In this document: positions 54,724 to 64,000 of the stretch, piece by piece | How positions within the stretch are numbered: position 1 is the first letter of the stretch | How the letters are laid out: each line of letters starts with the position of its first letter | DNA from: Callorhinchus milii | Taxonomy: Eukaryota | Length of the DNA: 64,000 bases | NCBI RefSeq assembly: GCF_018977255.1 | Contig: NW_024704743.1 | Location: forward strand, 101,186,001 to 101,250,000 | Reading direction: 5' to 3' | Translations under genes and position numbers: made by a program | Notes under the pieces: model-generated | Database searches by the model: none | What the model was told of the DNA's origin: nothing | The model's input: only the letters and a program-made list of their open reading frames with translations

Positions 54724-55985
54724 GTTCTAAGAATGGAATCATCTTTATTTTAACAAAAACACCAAGATGGTTGAAACCAGTTGTAGGTTATAAATATAGT
54801 TGTCACATTCTAACCCTTACCTTTAACATCTCTTGACAGGCCTGGACTACAATAAGTGTAACTAGGGAAGGAGAGTATGTAGCTCTGTTAACACACCCTT
54901 TCATTTCCTCTCTATATATAAACAAAGAAATCACCAAATTTCTAAAGAACCTGGGTGTTTTATCCCTGTCAGAAAGCTATGTTTCAAAGCTGTTGACTAT
55001 TTGCAGGGATCATCCTTGAGCTGAATGCTATTCCAGTGATATTGCTTCTGTGGTCAAATTATTTCCTGCCTTTACCTCCCCACTCCCCATTTATTTTCCG
55101 TTTGTTGTGCAACCTACCTGGCTTTGGCACTTACTGGTGCTGATGTATTATTATCTGTTTTCTATTGCTGGAGAACAAGAGTACTCTGTGGGACTGTGTG
55201 TATCCCCTCAGCATGCACAGCAGGAGTAAAAGCAAAGGACTTTTTTATTCTCAGCACGAATGCTAAGATATATTCACTTCTAATATCCTTTGATTTTCCT
55301 TTGCAGAAAAGTGAGAGATTTACAGAAACCATTTGCAAAGCTGGGGTTTACTGGCATAGTTACAGTTGTCACTGTTATGATATTGAGATAGGAGGCCAGC
55401 AAACAGTGATGCTTTTCTATCCTGTTGAACAGGAACTCTGAATACTATTGCCCGATCAATACAAATGCAGTATTACTGGCGTCTGGGTATTGACTGACAT
55501 ATGAGACTTGGGATCCTGGTTTTAAATCTTCTGCCTACATTTTTTTAAAAGCCATTTGGTTCAGTAAAATTCCTGCAGAAATATGTAAGCTGTTTCGTAA
55601 AATTGAAAGTCAAGCATAGATGCATATGGTAGCTCTGATTTTGTTTATCTGTGAGTTAGAGCTACAGTTATGTGGCTTAAAGATGTTGTTAGCAAAATGG
55701 AACATCAGCTTGCTGTGTTTTTTTCTTTCCAGCTCTTTTCCCCACAGTGCATCAAAGTGCTTATCTTTGCCTGTGGATCCACACTTGTATAGCTCTTCTT
55801 TGTGGGAGTATATGGGTTTAACTTGTTTCTCTATAAAGTTGTATGTACTTTATGAGTTCTTACACAAATATGTTGCCCTCCATCTTTCCACTGTGTCGAA
55901 CACTAACTGGCCAATTGACCAGGCAGATAAACTATTCCTGGGTCTGCCAACATTGACAGTTTAAACAACCCTATATATGTATATA

Positions 55986-56577
55986 TAGATACTTCTGCAC
56001 TGAAAGCGGAAGAAGAAATTAAATCTTACAGGACAGATTTATATAACAACATATGCCGCCCGCGTTCTCATCCAGACGAAACTCCGCTCCCCGATCATCC
56101 CAGTCCTTGCCAGACTGCACTGGCTGACTATCCCATAGAGGATCGACTTCAAGATCCTCATCCTCGTATTCAAGTCCCTGCACTCCTCTGCAGCCCCCTA
56201 CCTCTCTCCTCAAAACAGCACCCGTTGCCTTCATTCCTCCGGGTCTGGCCTCCTCCTCGTCCCCCGAGTCCTCCGCTCCACCCTCGGCGGCCGTGCCTTC
56301 AGCCACTATGCCCCGAGGCTCTGGAACTGCCTTCCTCACTCCTTTCGTCTCACTTCCTCCCTTCCCATTTTCAGGTCTCTGCTGAAGACCTTTCTTTTCG
56401 ACCGCGGCTTTGGTCACCTTCCCCCCCTCCCCCTGGCTCGGCCCCGGGATCCGAAACTGTAAAGCGCTCTGAGACGCCGTCTGGCATGGAGGGCGCTATA
56501 TAAATCCAAGTTGTTGTTATGTAAATCTGTCCTGTAAGATTTAATTTCTTCTTCCGCCTTCAGTGCAGAAGTATCTA
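55986..56577 (+). mobile_element. L2 3' fragment (~56054-56518) enclosed by a 66-bp inverted repeat
   Basis: 55986-56051 and 56512-56577 are reverse complements with 2 mismatches; interior matches the L2 at ~2790-3210. Confidence 0.85.
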
Positions 56578-57236
56578 GACTTTTTGAAGTGCTTAACCCA
56601 CTTTTTCGCAACTTAAAATCTGGAACCTGCTTTAGGAATTTGCAGGAAGCATACAAATCTTAAGGCTTTCTAGTTATACATCTTAGCAGCTTTGTAGTTT
56701 ATTAAATTATTTATTAACATTGACTTGATATTGACAATATTTGTGACAATATTGGATGGGTTGCAGCAACTTATTTGTTGTTATTCAATGTCTTTAACTT
56801 AGCAACAAATAATTTTCTCTTCCCTATAATCTTTTTAGACAATATTTGTGCTAATGTGGAGCTGGTAATGGCACCACACTTTAGCAAAGGTGCTCAAACA
56901 TTGTGCTTCAGTGCCAGTCGGAGATTTTTTTTGGGGGGAAAAGCAGGAGGCCACAGCCATCATCCCCCCCAGGAGAGAGGGAGACGTGCAGTCAACACCT
57001 GGTTCCCTTGCCTGCCATAAGATCTCTCAAGCAACCTCCACACATACCAAGACAGCTGGTTTTCTGTTACATTTGTGGGTTTCTGATTCTGAAAACAATG
57101 CCAGTTTGTACTATTCCTGTTCAGACTGGAATCTCTGCTCAGATGCACCTAATTTTCAAAAATGCCTCGTAGGCAGGTATTAGTTTTTTTTCTTCATCTT
57201 TCAATGTTGGCAGGTATAATTGGTGTCGCTATAGAT

Positions 57237-57450
57237 TAGGGGTTGTCCAACCTTTTGGCTGTTGAGAGCCGGATGCTCTATTTGAGAAACATACGCAGGC
57301 TGCATAAGCAATGTTTTTGAGTTTCCCTTCCAGAAACGTAACATTTATGGGATAGAGAGGGAGCAGGTAGGCCAGATAAAATGGAGGAATGGTGGGCGAG
57401 GAAGGGGGAGAAATCGGCCTGCAGGCTGCCAGGCCAGGTGGACCACCCTG
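57237..57450. mobile_element. Possible hAT-Charlie-type MITE remnant
   Basis: Ends AGGGGTTGTCCAACCTTTTGG ... GGTGGACCACCCTG resemble MER30/Charlie TIRs; no convincing 8-bp TSD. Confidence 0.4.
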
Positions 57451-58659
57451 GCTTAGCCTGTTGGCTGTGGTCTTGAATTTCTCAGATGTTTGCTTGTTTA
57501 TCTGTTTGGTTATGATGTGCTTTGTGGTTTGTTTCAAGTTTTGACATCTGTAGTTACTATATATATATATATAATGATAAATCTTATTGGTGTGATTTTA
57601 ACAATTGTTTGGAGATTATATGGCAAATTTTTAATTTTAGTCTATGAATCATTGTGGCTAACGTTTTTTCTCTCACTGGGAAAGCTATGCTTTTAAAACA
57701 AATCAGTGCCGGATGTGCGGTAATATTGGCCGTCTAAATGAATCCATCTCAAACTTGTTCTGTTTTCTTAAGTGTTGTAGCCTATAAACTGACTTGATAG
57801 TTTTCATGTACACTCTATGTTCAGATTTAATACAAGCTATTAAACTGCCTCTCCCCCAACCCCCTCTGACATTGAAACAACCTTCTCTTCCATGAACTGG
57901 CCTCTGTTTATTGTACTCTGATCCCTTGCTGAGTCAGCAGACAGCTGATTCCTATTTTAATTTGTGACAATCACTCTGGCACTTGTATACGACAGTTCTA
58001 TGGCTCACAGGGGATGTGTTGAAAGAATGCTGTTGAAGGTTTAGAGTGCTAAGTTTTTTTTGCTTTTCTCAAATTAACTTCCATAGACACCCAAAAAGGA
58101 TCTTTTTTTCTAACATTTGACAGCTGTCGGCGTAAATCCATGGTTTGCATACAATTTTAACTGTTCCCTTACTGAAAAAGCTCATTTATAAAATGCTCAT
58201 CAGAAATAAGTTGGATTACAATATCTCATAAGGTTTAGGAGAAAGCACTTCAGCGAAGTGGGGGGAGGGGTGAAGACCTATCCCTCCAGTATAGTGCAAC
58301 TCCAATATTTTCCATTATAGCATCAAACTATTTCCTGGATCGCTCTGGTGTCCCAGCCCATGCCATCAATGTAACAAATGTTTGGAGGTTTCAACAATCA
58401 GTGGTTAACTGTGCCCTGTTTAAACAAAGACTTCCTGGTGTTCTGTCCTACCATTACCTTTCGCAACCTGAATGTGTTTTATTATTTTTTCTATAATTGA
58501 AGTCAGATTAAGGGGATCATTTGTTGCCAGTTACGGCAACAACTTTTTGGAATATGGGATCCACAAAAAAAATCACCTTTTTTGAATATGGTATCCACAT
58601 TTGCCTGTTTCCAGTGTGTTTGTTGATGCCTTGCAGAGCCCGATGGGCTTGCCAAGTCT

Positions 58660-59145
58660 GCTGTGTGAGAGGATGGTCAGCTGCTTGTGCAGGGAGGAGC
58701 CAGGGAGTCTGTCAAGCAGTGCTTTTGAGTAAGTCTGGAGATGATGAAGGTGTGGATGGGAACATCAGCAACCCCAGAGGACAAGTTGTGATGTAAGTGG
58801 TCAATATTTTTGAGGTGAGGGAAAGCAGAGCACGTGAGAACCTGGATGTAAGGTTTAAAAGATAATTGGGAGTTGATCAAGACACTAAACATGATGTTCT
58901 AATCAGGTTCGTGAGTTGGAGTGAGCATCTATGCAGATTGATATGGTCAGCGCTTGAGGTGAGAAGACACTGATGCGAGCCAAGCAGGAGAGTCTCTGTT
59001 TTGTCGACATTGAGCTGTAGAAAGCTGGAACTCATCCAGGATTTGATGTGAGGCAGGCAATCGGTGAGAACAGTTGTAGTCCTGGAAGCAAAGGTAGAGG
59101 CAGAGGTAAAGTTTGATATCATCCAAGTGCATGTGGAAGTAGAGC
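58660..59145 (-). mobile_element. Old L2 RT fragment
   Basis: Degenerate HMHLDDIKLY (YADD region), LTDCLPHIKSWMSSSFLQLNVDKTE. Confidence 0.75.
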
Positions 59146-59544
59146 TCATATGCTGTGTTTTGGATGTTAGATGGCAGATATTTTCTGCTCTACATCATTG
59201 TTTTTTGGCTTCTGTTAATGCTCTTTTTCTACTCTCTGGGTCTCAGGTTTTTAAATTTTTTCCTTAATACCTTCATACTCTTGTAATATTGGAAGAATTG
59301 TTTGACATTATGTTTTGCATCTAGTGTTAAAATCCCATTTCAGTTCTCTTTTGGCTTCCCTAATCTAAACCTTACACTGAATAGACATGCAATCATTCTA
59401 TTTGTTGTCTGCTCCCTTCTCCCTACAAGCTTCCTTTTTTAAAAGGAAATGTTCATGCATTTTCAAACACATTATTTTATTTTGTCCTACATGTGTCTCA
59501 TAATGCGTCTTAATCTGATCCTTAACTGATTTATTCTTTAATTA

Positions 59545-59732
59545 TGCCTTGAAACTCTGGAACACTCTTCCTCTATCTCTCCACCTTGCCCCTTCCTTCA
59601 CCATTTTCAGGTCGTGCCTGAAGACCTTCCTATTTGACCATGCCTACGGTCACCTCCCCCCCAGCTTGGTGTCGTGCTCCTCCACTGTCAAGCGCTTTGG
59701 GACTCTGCCCTGCGTGGGTGGTGCTATATATA
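59545..59732 (+). mobile_element. Old L2 3' end
   Basis: KLWNTLPLSLHLAPSFTIFRSCLKTFLF C-terminal motif plus degenerate stem-loop tail. Confidence 0.7.
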
Positions 59733-60709
59733 GTTCTAGTTGAATTGTGTCTGCCAGTCGTATTGCTCAGCTTGCCTGTTCTTAAAATTTGCCTGTTATT
59801 AAAATTGTATTCTGGTTTGGGTTGTTTTTCAAATCAACTTGAATCTTATTGTCACTGTTGCCCAGCAGGTCAATTACGTTTCCCTGAACAGTATTTAGGT
59901 TGTTGATGAGAAGCAAGACGAAAAGAGCTATACTTTGTGGTGAGCCTGACACACTGAACCAGAAAGCTATCAGGCACTACGTTGATGAGCACAGGATCTT
60001 AGCTACTATTGGCATTCCAACCGAACCTTCATTTTATTTGATTCTGAAAAATAGATACTTTTTTGAACTTATTAGCTTATCTTGAAGAACCAAATGAAAC
60101 TTGTATGTCAATATTTTCTCTTGTATTGATTTTCAAATACCTTTATTTTCCTCACTTCTTCTGAAAACAACTTTTCTTCCTTTTGCTGTGATGTTTGTCC
60201 TTTGGCTCAGGGCACTTTGTACTCAGTAAACAATATTTGTGTGTGAAACATGAGTGATAGTCAGTAGGGACTATGAGAATCACCAGATTTGTCATTATCT
60301 AATGTCTGCTCCTGCACATATGGCTGATATTTCCCTTCCTATTACTTGAGGCTAAAAGCAACACCCGTACGATTGCCTCATCTAAGATCAGCTATCACAG
60401 CGTAGTCCTGAGATCTGATGGTTCATTTACTCAATGGCTGGGCTGATAGAAAATTGCGGGGAGGTTTGCAAAATTGTGAGGTACTGTTTGCAGAAAATGG
60501 CGGGAGTTAATTGGTGCTATTGAGATATATTTTATTGCCAATCTACCCTTTTCACTTTGTTGATTAAAAACTAGACATGAGGAAATAACACGTGTTAGAT
60601 TGTTGAAAGAAAATCTTAATTCTTTAACAAAAACTGGGTAGCCTTTTTTTTGCAGGGGATGGAAGGGGTGACATCAACTAGGCTACAGGAGCTCTCAGGC
60701 CTCGGCACC

Positions 60710-61123
60710 GCACACAGACCCAGAGAGAGAAACACGCACACACTCAGAGACAACACACACTCAAACACTGAGGGAGAGACACACACTCAGACACAGAGAT
60801 GCACACACACACACGCACGCACGCACACGCACACACACACACAGACACACACTCAGAGACACAAAGAGAAAGATGCACAGACACACAGAGAGACACACAT
60901 TCAGACACAGAGAAATACATATTTTCACAGAGAGAGATGCATACTCACATAGAAACACTCGCAAACAAATCGAGAGATACACACAGGCACACCCACAAAC
61001 ACAGAGGAGAGGGAAACAGACACACTCACACAGACATTCACAACCAGAGAGAGAGACACACATACTCACAAACGCATATAGAGAGACATACAGACAGACA
61101 ATCATACACACACGCACATACAG
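60710..61123. repeat. Compound CA/GA-rich low-complexity microsatellite
   Basis: Interspersed (CA)n, (GA)n, CACG and CAGA units. Confidence 0.9.
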
Positions 61124-64000
61124 ATGGGCCTCCGTGTGAAGCCCCTTTGCCGCTTACGCAGCACCACGCATGCACGTCCAGATCTGCACCGCCCACAGGG
61201 ACATCAGGTACAGCCAGAAGGCCCACAGACCAGGAACTACATTTATAGCGGGTTTGTAGTGGATTCCGCGGGAAAAGTGCAGCCGGACTTTTCAATTGGC
61301 CCAGCTCACTGGTTAAACTCACTTTGAGAGATAATTGAGAGATATCAAGTGTTTCATACACAGTGGTTTCTTTGCAAATTCTAAAGTTGTTTTTAACTGA
61401 CTAGCGAAGTATTTAAATAAACAGTCACTACACTTTACAGTAATCTTCTGAAGCACTTTGAGACATCCTCCCAATGTGAAAGGTGATATATCAAGTATTA
61501 CTTGTCTTTACTGAAGGCAATACTACTCAACTGTATTGGATGTCTGATTTCCGACTGGGTCATCTTCAGCCATTTGAATTTGGATGCAAAGCTTATCCTA
61601 CTTAGACAAGACAAAGAAAGCAATTTTAATTATCTGGCCTTTTCCTAAGGTTTCAATTGAAAATTAAACTAAAACATAATAATGCAGGGTGATGGTTAAA
61701 TGTTTAATGTTGAAATGTATCTAGTGAAAGATTTATAACTTGTGATTTTGCTATAAGGCTATTCTGTAGGTAACTTGTTCCTGTCATCAAATACTAATGA
61801 GCGAAGCTCATAACCAGCTTTTCTTTTATCAGAATAATACAATGTGTTGCCATGTATCACTCGTACTACTGATAGAAATAAAAAGGTTGGAGGAAGATTT
61901 GTTTAGCCCACAAAATATACAGTCAATTCACTTTACGTATATTTCTGTGAAGCGCTTTGAGACTTCGTGAAGACGTGATAAGACGCTGTATCAAATGCAA
62001 GGATTATTATTATTATCTGTTTGTATAAATCAGCTGTGTATCAATAATGCATGTAACTAATTGAGGCTTTCTTGTTTATCAGTATTATGTAGAAATTGTC
62101 AGCTACATTTTTAAATTCCTTTGGATCACGATTAATGTCAATCATGGATGGCCAAGTTAAGAACTCATTTTGTGCAGTCTGGTGTGTTGTAACTTTTCCT
62201 TTCAATTAATAGATGGACAAATGGGTTAACAAAGGAAGTCGGTACACTCAGCAGTACAGACAACAGGAAGAGTAATTCAGTATTTTATCCAGCAGATGTT
62301 AACCTAGAAATGCCAAGTAATTTATCTACAATGTCAAAACAAACTGTTTTAACGAATACATACGTTAGAGACTTATTTATATTCAACTATTGCTACCATT
62401 ATTCTGATGTTTTATGATGTTCAGATTTGCAGAGGTGGACTGTTTCAGAAACTATTGTTGTGACAGTGAAAGTAGTGTTGATTCTGTATGCAAATTCTAC
62501 TATAATATGCTTACTGGCATAAACTATAAACAAAGGGACAATTTTCTGCAGCAGGAACATACTCCCTTTCTGCATTCTTCATGTTAATGTTTCCACTATA
62601 AATATTTATGAAATGGGAATCCAACTAGTTCCAAGAGTTCATGTTCATTGGAGTACTTCTTTACAGGAAAGGATTTACATTTTGGTGATTAATGACATTT
62701 GGAAGTATAGAATTGGCTTTACTTTCCACTGTGCAGTGCAGTTATAGTCGCATAAATCCCCAATAAACCATGCCTTTTTAAGGCTATTTCATGGATAGAT
62801 TTTCTATTTCCTTTCTATTCAAAGAATGACTGTAGAACTCAACAAAGACTCCCAAGATCAAAACATTCCATGTTTAGTGGGTGTTTTAGTAAATTTTATA
62901 TTGTGCAGTTAATTTGATTGCATTAATATTTTTAATCTATTCATAAATAACAGAAACTTTAGAGCTGAGCAAGCTACAAATATGAATGCCATTGTGGTGC
63001 CTATTGGTCTGCTAGCCAGCAGATGTTCTTGAGTAAAGTACAATACCTTCAAGTGGTCCAGTTTTCATTTATCTGCTACCGAGTTGAAAAGATTGCAAAC
63101 CCTTTCTTGTATGGAAACAATGAATGACTTGAGATTGTAGAGTTCAAATATTAATTTTGTAAGTTACTATTTCCATGATCAGAATGTACTGGAAGCTACT
63201 AGTCTAGATCAGTTGTGCTATTTTAGACTATCTGAACCAATTTTATTTCTTCTCTATTTAGCTGCTGCGTTTTGCCCACAAAATATACACTTTACAGTAT
63301 ATTCTGCGAAGTGCTTTTAGGCGTCTTGAAGACGTGATAAGGCGCTATAACAAATGCAAGGATTATTATTTGTGTCCCTGTTGCTATTTCATCAATTTGA
63401 ACTGTAATCCTTAGGCCATTTTCTATTAACAGAAACTCCTAGTCAAAAAATCTGCAGGAGAGTTTGGTTCTTTCTGTTGCCTGCAGGTCACCATATGCTG
63501 AATCTGTTTTTTGCTTACCTATAATCTATGCTTGATTAAATTTGATCTGATTTTTCCTAAAGAATAATTTATATTGCCACCAAAATGAAACCATAAGCTC
63601 AATCTTTCCTAGAATATTAGTTTTCTGACCTGAGGTAATGCTGCTTTAGATCTAGTGTTGGGGAACTCCCCTGATACTAAAAGCCCAAATTTGCATATCG
63701 GCCTTGTCACTTAGTCTATATCCTAAACAGATCATTATCTTAAAAAGTAATGCTATGTGCAAGGTGCATCTGAAAGACTGGGCCAATTGGAGCAAACTCA
63801 AACAGGAATTTGCTGTCTCAGTGTGGCATCTACCATTTAAAGGATCCAGACTTCACCTGGGCTAAAGCCAAGCAGATCATATTTAGTAATGCAGAGCACC
63901 ATTGGCCATCCTAGCAACTAAATAATGGCTCACAGCCTAGTTTAATGAATTACATGCTGCAATATTAACCAAAGTTCAGAAAATCTTTAGATCCAGACAT

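Noticed and set aside
60650..61361. His/Thr-rich and Cys/Val-rich ORFs
   Set aside because: Translations of the CA/GA microsatellite

Overview
AT-rich vertebrate genomic DNA, most likely from a cartilaginous fish. That assignment is an inference from the repeat complement: tRNA-Ala/Deu-domain SINEs, L2 and CR1 LINEs, and a shark-type Penelope terminal repeat. The whole window lies inside the + strand gene mib1 (Mind bomb 1 E3 ubiquitin ligase). Eleven coding exons, equivalent to human exons 2 (partial) to 12, join in frame with GT-AG introns and encode the ZZ zinc finger, the second Mib-Herc2 domain, the Mib repeats and the first ankyrin repeats. The intron after exon 12 is over 34 kb and runs past the window end. 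On the minus strand it carries the muscle microRNA pair miR-1 (miR-1-2 type, ~42.2 kb) and miR-133a (miR-133a-1 type, ~37.7 kb). A candidate MEF2/E-box/CArG-like/TATA promoter sits at ~44.6-44.8 kb and a candidate intragenic enhancer at ~38.5-38.8 kb, all inside a ~10 kb zone poor in young insertions. The most unusual repeat structures are a 197-bp TSD-flanked fold-back Penelope-type element with a minimal hammerhead-ribozyme core, an L2 fragment bracketed by a 66-bp inverted duplication, nested SINE-in-LINE insertions and a close inverted SINE pair. No prokaryotic-type systems are present.
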